Shown: positions 12,590 through 24,414, numbered from the stretch's first letter. The stretch is DNA of 64,000 nucleotides from Octopus sinensis (GCF_006345805.1 NC_043011.1:30268464-30332463), one strand, 5' to 3'. The notes: generated from the letters alone by a model not told the origin. A program made the numbers and translations.

Positions 12590-14350
12590 CCCGATAGGTA
12601 TGTGCCTTTCATCAAACCTTTCAGACAGGTACACACATCCTCTTTTGCCACAGCCACTAAGCAGAGAAAGATCTGCCTTCCTTCTCTGCGAAGGGAAGGT
12701 GGTGCGTCGACCTTCACTATACACTCAGCAGACGGCTCTCTAATGCACGGACATTGAATAATTGCATGGAGGACGGTTTTGTCCCCCTGCAAGCATCTAG
12801 GGCAGGTTCGGCTGTTGGCATTTCCATGCCTGAAGAGCTTGTCTCGAACAGACAATGCCCCTCTGTAGCAATGCCAAGCCAAAGATCTTTGAAAGATGTC
12901 CATGATATTCGATCCGAAGTTTCTCTGGAAGAGATTACTGAGACTGTTCTCGTCGATTCAATCCCAGGCCATCATCACTCACACCCTCAACCTAATCCCC
13001 TATAAAAATCTTGAGTTTATTTCGTTTTGGGATTTGGTTTGCAAGATTCTTTATATGAGTTCGTGTGTTGAAGCATATTCTGTTGTGTCTGGGTAGAGTC
13101 ATTTTCTTTTCGTATCTTATAATTTAACACACTCACCGGTAAAATTTCCACTTATTTCTTATTTTTATTTTCCTAAAATTTGTGACTCTCCCCAGACACA
13201 ACAGAAATGTTGAGTTGTTTTCCTGCTAACGGTTTTAGGCAGCTGGTACAATGCAGTGAGCACCTGGCAACATTCTAGATGCCAAATGCCCAACATTGGT
13301 CTACGTTTGACTCATGACTGCAGCTCTGTCAATGAGATGAGCTGCGGACAGACGTGTCGCACGAAAGACGCCCACACCAGTTCACCCTTATTTTCGTCGT
13401 TGTCGTCATCGTCGTCCACATCACCGCAGTGATTTAGATATTTCTGTAGGTGCGACAGTCTCAAAACGTGGCGCCACATCATTAAGGATGGCATCCCAAG
13501 ATCACCTCGGTGTGGGTGTTGACAGCAGATAGATTTTCTTACTAGCGGAACCTGACCCTTCGATAAGAATCGGAAAAGCAAGCGCTCCAATCTGGTCAGA
13601 GTTTTCTTAGGACAAAGTACAAAGCATTCGCTACTTCCGCCCAGCCTTTCAGAGACAGCTGCCTTTCTTCCCATTTTTGGGTGAGGTTGGTCACCCTAGT
13701 CATATCTACCTGGAGATCTGGTCCGAACCAGTTTCCGAGCACTTTCACTGGACACTCCGTCCAGCGACAGAAATTGCTGCTAGTCGACTTGCCTCTCCAA
13801 GAGCCTAGTTTCCTACTAAAGGCACAAGGCCTGAAATTTTGTGGCGAGGGCTAGTCGATTATATCAACCCAAGTACGTAACTGGTACTTATTTTATCGAC
13901 CCCGAAAAGATGAACAGCAAAGTCAGCCTCGGCGGAATTTAAACTCAGAACGTAAAGACAAATGAAGTGTTGCTAAGTATTTTCCCTGCGTGCTAACGAC
14001 TCTGCCAGTTTGCCGCAGAGTCTTCCCGAGAACATCATTGCACTTGCAAGCCACTAACCCTCTTTAGAAGACCAGAGTGGAACTTCCACCAATCGCATTT
14101 CCCAATTGACAGAGAATTGTACGTGCCTGACGATACACTGGCCTCTAGCTAATGTCACCGCCATTATGTTGGTTGCAAAGCCTTTTACAAGCGCCTCTTC
14201 TAAGTTTCAAAGTTTCCCTTTATTCTCTTCCTTTCGCTAATGCCTTACTAAACCTAATCGATTCTACACTAATTGCCCTTTTCAGGGAAAATGATAATTT
14301 GCTGTTGACGATTGAACCCGTCAGTGCTCGCTAAACTAAGTTGCTAATCC
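12590..14350 (-). mobile_element. Decayed, internally deleted Tx1/L1-clade LINE, interrupted by a family B SINE (13812-14015)
   Basis: C-terminal CCHC region LAWHCYRGALSVRDKL...CPRCLQGDKTVLHAIIQC; HPHRGDLGMP segment; GKCDWWKFHSGLL resembles the post-endonuclease WKLNxSLL motif. Confidence 0.75.
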
Positions 14351-14980
14351 GGTTTCTGTAAGCTTGGCACGCCGTGAGTAACGCGTTCAGCTTCCGGAAA
14401 CCGACTCTCTAAATACGAAGTCTATCTAGGTCGGGCGTGTAGATGACAAATTTATGGTCTGTGTAGATGACAAATTTGTGGTCTGTGTAGCCGACGATTT
14501 TGAAAAGTGGACCATTTATACTATCCTTATCTACTGACCTACAGAATACTCGATTTGGATATGACCTAGATGACCTAATGCAGTTCGTCCATGTCCACAC
14601 CAGCACATTCAGGGAACCCAGATGGTACCTGTCATACAAGTTTGCGATTCTTTTTCACCCCATTCTTCTAACAGTTAGCCTAACACAATCTAAGCGTGCG
14701 TCCAGGAAGACATTCCCGTCACCCATTAGTATCAAAGATCGTGACATTTTGAACGTTTAATGATGGTGATGACACTGTCCGATTACATAAAATATAATGG
14801 CTCAAGATTTTTGTAGAGTGTGTTTTTTTCGTTACTGATGGACAACATTTTAATATATCTTTTATCTTTTACATGTTTCAGTCCTTAGACCGTAGCCATG
14901 CTGGAGCATCGCGTTGAAAAATTTTTAGCCGAACGAATCGACTCCAGTATTTATTGTATCAGTTTCTTTTGCCGAATTGC

Positions 14981-15018
<38 letters not shown>

Positions 15019-15189
15019 CTGTGTGTGTGTGTGTGTGTATGTGTGGGTGTGTGTGTGTGTCTGTGTCTGTGTATACACATACATATATATTATATACATA
15101 TATAGATATATTAATATATATATATTATTATATATATATATATATATATATACATACATACATATATACATACATACATACATACATAC

Positions 15190-15249
<60 letters not shown>

Positions 15250-15935
15250 GTATACATACATATATACACACAAACACACGTTACGTTCCTATGGAACACA
15301 ATTAGAAATTTTCTTGTGCTACAAATGCTGTAATTTCTTCAGGCGTGTATGTTATAAATATTTTAGAAGGATTCTGAAGAGAGAGAGAGAGAGAGAGTGA
15401 CAGAGAGAGAATAAAGAAGGGTAGCAAACCCTCTCCTCCACCATACACATATATGATGGCTTCTTCTTTTCTTTTTCTTTCGTTTCCTTTTTCAAAATCG
15501 TAATCTTCAGTGCTTACAACGAACACATTCAAGGAAATTACAGCTTTTTGGCTCAGTAGATAATTTCTATTTTATAGGAACACCATATGTTTGCATAAAT
15601 GTAAATGTGTGTATGTGTGTATGTGAGTGTGCATGCGTCTGTGTGTGTATGGGAATGTGCATACGTGAGTGCTTGCGTGAGTGCTTGCGTTCGTGTGTCC
15701 GTGTGTGTGTATGTATGTGTGTGTGTGTGCGTGCGTATGTGTACGCGCGCTTTTTGCGATGTGGTGCAAGGTAAGCCTTTCTTTATAGCACGTTGGAAAT
15801 ATTGCTGTATTATGGACAAATGTAATCAACACTTTCTTTTGTCCCTCTTGTTTGTGGACAGAAATAAAAGGTTTAACTTGCAACACACAACAAAATATGG
15901 TAGTGAACAAATATTGCTAACGCCTAACATACGGT

Positions 15936-16006
<71 letters not shown>

Positions 16007-16248
16007 TATCTATAATAATAGAAATATTATAAATAACTAAGTCTCTAAAAGAGAACAGCGGCCAGCGTTTCCCGGAAAATAATAGTTATCGCCATACTAA
16101 TATGGCATTCTTATAAAAATAAGAAAAAAGCTGTCCGCTTATTAGCTCCATGAGGCCATCCGCCTTAAGTTAGCTATTTGATACACAAACTGTATCCATA
16201 TAACCTTCGAACAAGGGAGGTCAGTCGCTCCACACTACTTGACCGGCA

Positions 16249-16290
16249 GCTACAGACGCGTTTCGGAGTATTGCCCCTTTTCAATGCAGC
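16249..16290 (-). ncRNA. Minimal type I hammerhead ribozyme (U3-A8 variant), mirror copy
   Basis: Reverse complement of the 16462-16503 motif. Confidence 0.7.
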
Positions 16291-16461
16291 GTAGCCAGCC
16301 GTAGGTGTCGCTTCCGACAATCTCTGTTCGATGGTTTTATTTACCTAGTTTCGGTGGAATACATCACTTGTTTTCAATAATAGAAATATTAAAATAACTA
16401 AGTCTCTTAAATAAAACCATCGAACAGAGATTGTCGGAAGCGACACCTACTGGCTGGCTAC

Positions 16462-16503
16462 GCTGCATTGAAAAGGGGCAATACTCCGAAACGCGTCTGT
16501 AGC
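16462..16503 (+). ncRNA. Minimal type I hammerhead ribozyme (U3-A8 variant)
   Basis: gctgca-TTGAAAA-gggg caata ctcc-GAA-acgcgt-C-tgtagc: 6-bp stem I, 4-bp stem II, palindromic stem III, GUC cleavage triplet. Confidence 0.7.
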
Positions 16504-16579
16504 TGCCGGTCAAGTAGTGTGGAGCGACTGACCTCCCTTGTTCGAAGGTTATATGGATATATATATATATATATATATA

Positions 16580-16958
16580 GGCGCAGGAGTGGCTGTGTGG
16601 TAAGTAGCTTGCCTACCAACCACATGGTTCCGGGTTCAGTCCCACTGCGTGCCATCTTGGGCAAGTGTCTTCTACTATAGCCTCGGGCCGACCAATGCCT
16701 TGTGAGTGGATTTGGTAGACGGAAACTGAAAGAAGCCTGTCGTATATATGTATATATGTTTGTGTGTCTGTGTTTGTCCCTCTAGCATTGCTTGACAACC
16801 TATGCTGGTGTGTTTGCGTCCCCGTCACTTAGCGGTTCGGCAAAAGAGGCCGATAAAATAAGTACTGGGCTTACAAAGAATAAGTCCCGGGGTCGATTTG
16901 CTCGACTAAAGGCGCAGTCAAATGAGTGAAACAAGTAAAAGAGTAAAAGAGTAAAGAG
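16580..16958 (+). mobile_element. SINE family A
   Basis: Near full-length match to the other family A copies, with one internal deletion near the 3' end. Confidence 0.9.
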
Positions 16959-16963
16959 TATAC

Positions 16964-17003
<40 letters not shown>

Positions 17004-17087
17004 ATGCATTGTATTTGTATCATTCTCTATAGTTTTATTTTACGTAAAAGTGTATTAAGAGAATGCGTGTGTATACATACATAAGTG

Positions 17088-17355
17088 AGGGCGCGCGTGG
17101 CTTAGTGGTTAGGGCATTCGGCTCATGATCATAAGGTTGTGAATTCGATTCCCGGCGACGCGTCATGTCCTTGAGCAAGACACTTTACTTCACGTTGTTC
17201 CAGTCCACTCAGCTGACAAAAATGAATAGTACCTGCATTTCAAAAGGTCAGTTCAGTCAAATTCTGTGTCACGCTGAATCTCCTTGCGAACTACGTTAAG
17301 AGTACACGTGTCTGTGGAATGCTCAGCCACTTGCACGTTAATTTCACGAGCAAGC
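17088..17355 (+). mobile_element. tRNA-derived SINE, family C (gcgcgtggcttagtggttag head, CORE-like central domain)
   Basis: A/B-box head followed by tgtccttgagcaagacactt...cagtccactcagctg..aaatga, which resembles the CORE domain. Confidence 0.8.
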
Positions 17356-17361
17356 TGCATA

Positions 17362-17745
17362 GGCGCAGGCGTGGGTGTGTGGTAAGAAGCTTGCTTCTCA
17401 ACAATATAATTCAGGGTACAGTCCCATTGCGCTGCACTTTGGGCACGTGCCTTCTACTAAAGCCTTGGACCGACGAAAGCCATGTGAGTGGATTTCGTAG
17501 AGGAAACTGAACGAAGCCCCTTGTTTATATGTATATATATATAGGTGGTGGAGAGAAGTATCTTTGTGTCTGCGTTTGTCTCTCCACCACTGCCATCACC
17601 CACCGCGCGACAACCGGTGCTAGAGTGTTCGCGTAACTTAGCGATTCGGCAAAAGATACCAATAGAATACCAGGCTTTAAAAAGCATAAGTACTGAGATC
17701 GGTACATTCGACTAAAAAATTCTTCCAGATTGCAGCCCTGGAAAC
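17362..17745 (+). mobile_element. SINE family A, diverged
   Basis: ggcgcaggcgtgggtgtgtggtaagaagc head and 3' half motifs. Confidence 0.75.
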
Positions 17746-18730
17746 AAACATACATAGATACGTATAAATATACAAACACATATATGGACACACATCTACA
17801 TACACTTATACACACTGAAAGACACGTACGCACACATACATATATGCATACACACATACAACTGCTTCAAAACATGCTGTTACTGTACTCTCTTTTACTT
17901 GTTTCAGTCATTTGACTGCGGCCATGCTGGAGCACCGCCTTTAAAGACCATGGGATTGCACCTAGGAAGTTACCCTCCCAGGCACAAGTCCGGACAAGGT
18001 TATTTATGGAAGACCAGCAGTCGCCCATGCATGCCGGCCTCCCTCTCCACGCCACCAGTGTTATCCAAGGGAAAGGCAAAGGGACCGATACAGCTTGGCA
18101 CCTGGCGTCGCAACTCATTTCTACAGCTAATGAGCTGAAACTAGATCAAATCAAATCAAAAATCCCTTATAAATTTCTTCTTTTTTTTTTCATTCTTATA
18201 TTCCTAATTTCTCTTCACAGTTATATTCTCCACTCAGACTGTGCTTTCTACGCATTCTGATCGAATGTGTTAACATGGTCCGCCTAACAACATAGTAAAC
18301 TTTCATTTAATCAAAATACTCTTGGTCTAAAAAGTAGCCTGCGGTATACACCACGCTTGAATATTTACTGCTTCCGAGGTTCCGCGCACATATTAAATGA
18401 CACAGGCATGGAACACATATTCAGTACTCTCAGTTGCTCGAAAGTTATTTATTCGACACTCGCTGTTGTTCGCCAGCTGTTGCAAGTATAATACACCTCT
18501 AATGCATGTTTAATGCACGAGAAAACATCATCAGTGTAAGCTGAAGGCTGTCACCGAAACGTTATCATCATTATCATTGCTTAACGTCCTTTTTTTCCAT
18601 GCTGGGAACCGACAGTCGAGATGACTGCACCGAACTTCAATGTCTACTTTGGCATTGCTTCTACAGCTGGATGTACAAAGAGTGTACTGGGGGTATTTTA
18701 TGTGGCACCAGCACTAAGAAGTTCACAAAG

Positions 18731-18757
<27 letters not shown>

Positions 18758-18761
<4 letters not shown>

Positions 18762-21091
18762 AGAGCAATAAAGATTCAAGTTAATTTAAAAAATTTACTT
18801 GAATATGGTACCTAACTTAGATGCACCAAAAAAAACCATACTGATTTAACAATACAGTAATGTGGGGTGATTATAAGCGAGAAAGAAGCAACAAGAATGG
18901 ATAGGTTTTTAGTACGATCGTTTCATACAAGGACAGGTTTTATTAAAAGTTGCAAAGATTACAGCATATAAACGAGTCCCGTACTCATCAGCTAAAATAC
19001 ATGTAAGTTCTCTAGACATCCTAAGTGTTTGAGGCTATACTCATGAAGTAATGTAGATAATTAAACAGATTTCTAAGTTCATTAAAGTTCTTTAAGATGA
19101 TGCATAGTCTTATCACAGAATTTTAAAAAAGTTTTGGTAGCATCACAGAGAAGGTGACCTAATCCATAGAATTCCATAGATATGATGAGGGATTATATAC
19201 TCACAGAAGACAAATTTATCCATTGTTATTAGCATTACAGAGAGGGTGAATTAATCCTTTGTATATATGCACAGATTCCATGGTGTAGATGTAATTTTCC
19301 AGAGAAATGGAGATGAATTTCATATTCACAGGCGATAAATTTTACAATGGTTGAACACAATGAGGTAGGTACCATCCTTGTTATATGATTAGGTGTTTGC
19401 CATATTAATCACATTACTGCTATTCACAAGAGGCTGCAGCTATTTAACTCTTAAAGGTTGAAGGGCTTACTAGATCGGCCAAGAATAGAGAAGGGAATAG
19501 AAGAAAAGAGAGAAAATAATGGAGGAGGAGCAAAAAAGGGGGGGGGAAAGGGGGACTAAAGAGAAGAGAAAAGGAACAGAGAATAAGAAGAGAAAAAAAA
19601 GAAGAAAGAGAAAGAGAAAGGAATAGGGAAAGAAGGGAAAAAAGAAAAAGAAAAAGAAAAAGAAAAAAGAGGGTTCTAGTTATACAGAAGAGCTAGTAGA
19701 CTGTAAGTCTGGTTTTAATCAACAGGCATCTGGGACTGGAGGGGAATATTATTATTCTTTGACCAGTAAACCGTTAATTTATTGCTGTTGAAATCAGCTA
19801 TGAGTTTAAAGAGAATCTAAAGAGATAACACAGTCAGGGTTAAGGGGTCAGATGCTAAAATCACCAGAAAATACATTAGGAAATCTAAGTATAATCTTAT
19901 CAAAAGTCATTAAAAATTTACTTATTTAATTTATTCATTTTATTGTCTTAAGGAGTTGTCGTTATTATTCATACATTGACCGACTACAGTCAAATCTTAT
20001 AAGATCATTTACAAGGTGTTGGGGGATTGTCTATCCTAATGAAGATAATCATATTATCACCGAGGGAATAGCCTTATTTATTTAATTATGAAATAGAATT
20101 ATGGGGCTACAGTAACTAATTATAATTTATTAGAGTTATGCTATTTAAATTAGATTAAGTTAGGAATTAAAATTAAATATTACAATTAAGATTTAAAATT
20201 AAGAATTTAAAAATTGTGAGTTTGAAATTAATAAAGCCTCAATTAAGTAGCGAATAAGTACTATTCATTTCTCTGTTCTCAAAAAACTGATGTAGATATA
20301 AGGAAAAAGATAAAGATAACTATAATGTGAGAACTCTTAGTTATCTACTTAAAGCAGTGCTATACTAGTAGAAATCAAGTTATATCTATCTATCTAGCTA
20401 TGAATATTCCAATCATTTAAATATTTTAAAGTCTTCAATTTAGCGTGGACACAAACTTGACCTAGTTCGATATGGTTATTCAATAAGTTTCTATGTTTAC
20501 TATGCTTTAGAATTTCGTACGTCTCCATGGAGCATAGTTGACAACCAACCCTACTATTTTTATACGGAATTGCTCTCCTAACTATTTCCCAATTAAGGGT
20601 ATAATTTTTGTTATTATTTTTGAGTTCCCAGATTTTGTTTGAAAGTGTGGTGGTACCAGCTATGACGTAACTTAAAAGTCGAGATGTGATTTCTAACTCT
20701 GGCTAAAAATTAATTGTACAGCCAATGTAAAAATATTTGTTATTCTCCGTGGATATGGTACATTTATAGATTACATTATTTTCCCTACATAGACCAGGTG
20801 CCGGGCATTTTGATTTTATTCTACACTTACACACAGGAGGAACAACTTCAGGCCTTGGATTATTCCTGGGTAGATGTTTAAGGTTCCTATTATTTTGATT
20901 ATCATTTCTATAGTTGGTACTGATATCTAAGTATTGTTATTATTTATTGATCCTTCCGTTTCATCATTTAGGCGTAAAGTCCTACCAGATTTCTTATATT
21001 ATTCGTAATGTTATTATTATTATTAGTCGTTTTATCCAACTGTATATTATTGTTATAGGTATCACTGATATTTTCATTCTCCTTATTTTCT
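18758..21091 (-). mobile_element. 5'-truncated Penelope-like element, left arm of palindrome (Zn finger + GIY-YIG endonuclease + long 3' region + hammerhead)
   Basis: Minus strand translates to CKCRIKSKCPAPGLCRENNVIYKC...YFYIGC...RNHISTF...LSNKIWELK...WEIV...PY...CQLC; ends at (TA)n 18731-18757. Confidence 0.85.
18907..18997 (-). ncRNA. Type I hammerhead ribozyme with extended stem II (mirror copy)
   Basis: Reverse complement of 23199-23289. Confidence 0.8.
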
Positions 21092-21354
21092 AATGGAGAA
21101 AATAAGGAGAATGAAAATATCAGTGATACCTATAACAATAATATACAGTTGGATAAAAAGACTAACAATAATAATAACATTACGAATAATATAAGAAATC
21201 TTGGTAGGACTTTACGCCTAAATGATGAAACGGAAGGATCAATAAATAATAACAATACTTTAGATATCAGTACCAACTATAGAATGATAATCAAAATAAT
21301 AGGAACCTTAAACATCTACCCAGGAATAATCCAAGGCCTGAAGTTGTTCCTCCT

Positions 21355-21794
21355 GTGTGTAAGTGTAGAATAAAATCAAAATGCCCGGCACCTGGTCTAT
21401 GTAGGGAAAATAATGTAATCTATAATGTACCATATCCACGGAGAATAACAAATATTTTTACATTGGCTGTACAATTAATTTTTTAGCAGAGTTAGAAATC
21501 ACATCTCGACTTTTAAATTACGTCATAAAGCTGGTACCACCACACTTTCAAACAAAATCTGGGAACTCAAAATAATAACAAAATTATACCCTTAATTGGG
21601 AAATAGTTAGGAGAGCAATTCCGTATAAAATAGTAGGGTTGGTTGTCAACTATGCTCCATGGAGACGTACGAAATTCTAAAGCATAGTAAACATAGAAAC
21701 TTATTGAATAACCATATCGAACTAGGTCAAGTTTGTGTCCACGCTAAATTGAAGACTTTAAAATATTTTAAATGATTGGAATATTCATAACTAG
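21355..21794 (+). pseudogene. Zn-finger + GIY-YIG endonuclease domain of a PLE (Neptune-like), frameshifted as assembled
   Basis: CxC-x5-CP-x4-C, then NVIY...YIG, RxxNHxSxF, LSxxIWELK, WxI, PY, CxLCxxExxxI; clade assignment inferred from the Cys-rich linker between RT and endonuclease. Confidence 0.8.
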
Positions 21795-23198
21795 ATAGAT
21801 AGATATAACTTGATTTCTACTAGTATAGCACTGCTTTAAGTAGATAACTAAGAGTTCTCACATTACAGTTATCTTTATCTTTTCTCCTTATATCTACATC
21901 AGTTTTTTGAGAACAGAGAAATGAATAGTACTTATTCGCTACTTAATTGAGGCTTTATTTAATTTCAAACTCACATTTTTAATTCTTATTTTAAATCTTA
22001 ATTGTAATATTTAATTTTAATTCCTAACTTAATCTAATTTAAATAGCATAACTCTAATAAATTATAATTAGTTACTGTAGCCCCATAATTCTATTTCATA
22101 ATTAAATAAATAAGGCTATTCCTCGGTGATAATATGATTATCTTCATTAGGATAGACAATCCCCCAACACCTTGTAAATGATCTTATAAGATTTGACCTG
22201 TAGTCGGTCAATGTATGAATAATAACGACATCCTTAAGACATAAAATGAATAAATTAAATAAGTAAATTTTAATGACTTTTTGATAAGATTATACTTAGA
22301 TTTTCCTAATGTATTTTCTGGTGATTTTAGCATCTGACCCCTTAACCCCTGACTGTGTTATCTCTTTAGATTCTCTTTAAACTCATAGCTGATTTCAACA
22401 GCAATAAATTAACGGTTTACTGGTCAAAGAATAATAATATTCCCCTCCAGTCCCCAGATGCCTGTTGATTAAAACCAGACTTACAGTCTACTAGCTCTTC
22501 TGTATAACTAGAACCCTCTTTTTTCTTTTTTCTTTTTTCTTTTTCTTTTTTCCCTTCTTTCCCTATTCCTTTCTCTTTTCTCTTTCTTCTTTTTTTTCTT
22601 CTTCTTATTCTCTGTTCCCTTTTCTCTTCTCTTTTAGTCCCCCTTTCCCCCCCCCCTTTTTTGCTCCCTCCTCCATTATTTTCTCTCTTTTCTTCTATTC
22701 CCTTCTCTATTCTTGGCCGATCTAGTAAGCCCTTCAACCTTTAAGAGTTAAATAGCTGCAGCCTCTTGTGAATAGCAGTAATGTGATTAATATGGCAAAC
22801 ACCTAATCATATAACAAGGATTGGTACCTACCTCATTGTGTTCAACCATTGTAAAATTTATCGCCTGTGAATATGAAATTCATCTCCATTTCTCTGGAAA
22901 TTTACATCTACACCATTGGAATCTGTGCATATATACAAAGGATTAATTCACCCTCTCTGTAATGCTAATAACAATGGATAAATTTGTCTTCTGTGAGTAT
23001 AAATCCCTCATCATATCTATGGAAATTCATATGGATTAGGTCACCTTCTCTGTGATGCTACCAAAACTTTTTTAAAATTCTGTGATAGACTATGCATCAT
23101 CTTTAAAGACTTTAATGAACTTTAGAAATCTGTTTAATTATCTACATTACTTCATGAGTATAGCCTCAAACACTAGATGTCTAGAGAACTTACATGTA

Positions 23199-23289
23199 TT
23201 TTAGCTGATGAGTACGGGACTCGTTTATATGCTGTAATCTTTGCAACTTTTAATAAAACCTGTCCTTGTATGAAACGATCGTACTAAAA
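23199..23289 (+). ncRNA. Type I hammerhead ribozyme with extended stem II
   Basis: ttttag-CTGATGA-gtacgggac...gtccttgtat-GAAAC-gatc-GTA-ctaaaa: canonical core, 6-bp stem I, palindromic gatc loop on stem III, GUA cleavage site after 23283. Confidence 0.8.
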
Positions 23290-23318
23290 ACCTATCCATT
23301 CTTGTTGCTTCTTTCTCG

Positions 23319-23349
<31 letters not shown>

Positions 23350-23359
<10 letters not shown>

Positions 23360-23575
23360 GGTCGTGTAGCACCATTCAAAGCCTGAGTGGGCAACCACTA
23401 CTCCAGCTTCAAGTCCCAAACAAAATCCAACAGTATGTCTTTATCTCAGCTTATACATAAACTTAAGAAGAACAAATAAACTTTTTACGCTTTAAAGTGG
23501 TCCATAGTTACCCATGCTAAACCGTATACCGGCTGTAACAAATGCGATCTTTGCATAGCTGAAGTCTTATCCGTG
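23350..23575 (+). mobile_element. Fragment of a second PLE family GIY-YIG endonuclease
   Basis: Translates to ...GNHYSSFK...SLSQLIHKLK...LKWSIVTHAKPYTGCNKCDLCIAE. Confidence 0.7.
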
Positions 23576-23658
23576 GATCTGTTAAGATTTTTAAATTAAT
23601 TTTTTTTTTTTACATTATGTACATTTGACGGGTAATTGTCCTCATCTTGTTTGTTGTT

Positions 23659-23699
23659 AACACAACGTTTCGGCTGATATATCCTCCAGCCTTCATCAA
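23659..23699 (-). ncRNA. Truncated hammerhead-like motif
   Basis: (t)TGATGA-aggctg gaggatatat cagcc-GAAAC-GTT-gtgtt; the 5' strand of stem I is replaced by unrelated sequence at a junction. Confidence 0.45.
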
Positions 23700-24414
23700 T
23701 ATGCTGTAATTGAGTTCTTCACGATGGAGGGCTGCAGGCTACTTTCCACTGAAGGTCATGGTTTTTTTTGGGTTTTTTTAAACAGAGAGGCACCATTGAC
23801 TTAAGCAATGTGGACAGTTGTACGGAGAAGTTTAAAAAAAAGAAGACCAACATTGGCGACAAACCACACAAGACAAAACTAGCCGACTGAATGGGGTTTG
23901 ATATTGAAGGAGAGGAAAGAATGATAGAGAGACAGCAACAGTTGTCTTGTTGAAAAAGAAATACGTGGCTTCCTCAGACAGAAAGAGAAATGGTGAAAAC
24001 GTAGTGGATCAACAATAAAACTAATGAATCTTAAGTTTCAAGGTCTCTAATAGTGGAAGAACCCGAGAGACAATGGCATTTTAATTAACGATTATTTTCT
24101 CACCTCTCAGATTTGGTAGTACTTATACTGTTTTGAGCTAGTGTTTTATAACAGTTTTTCCTCAAGGGAAGAACAAACGATGAAGCTAAATAAATAAACA
24201 AACAAAAAGTGTCCCTGATCAAAAGTGTCCTCTGATCAAAGAGAGCCGAAAATACTGACACTAATTTGAAATAAAATAAATAAGATAAGGAAATGGAGAT
24301 ACATTCCCAAGAGACTCTTGTAGAGAGCCGAAAATGCTAAAACAAGATGTAAACAAAATCAACGGTAACAACATAGAAGCAGAAATCAGAAACATCAATG
24401 AAAAAAATGCTGTC

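Larger units (their letters stand above)
16013..16560. mobile_element. TA-flanked PLE/retrozyme-like element with terminal direct repeat and inverted partial copy
   Basis: 33-bp aataatagaaatatt..ataactaagtctct at ~16014-16046 and 16376-16408; 16409-16560 is the reverse complement of 16194-16352; both arms contain a hammerhead. Confidence 0.7.
21097..23324 (+). mobile_element. 5'-truncated Penelope-like element, right arm of palindrome
   Basis: Reverse complement of 18872-21091 apart from scattered homopolymer indels and a few substitutions; ends at (TA)n. Confidence 0.85.

Noticed and set aside
14500-14760. 86-aa ORF as a host exon or LINE ORF1
   Set aside because: No recognisable motif, no Met start in a convincing context and no splice support; left unassigned.
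18535-18565. ctgaaggctgtcaccgaaacgtt
   Set aside because: Incomplete core (no GA at positions 8-9), 2-bp stem II and no stem I.
21085-21105. Sequencing adapter at the palindrome centre
   Set aside because: The loop is only 5 nt and contains no recognisable hairpin-adapter sequence; an artefact is not excluded but has no direct support.
22417-22737. Lys/Arg/Glu-rich 106-aa ORF
   Set aside because: Translation of a polypurine tract in the PLE 3' region; the mirror arm is not open in the same frame.
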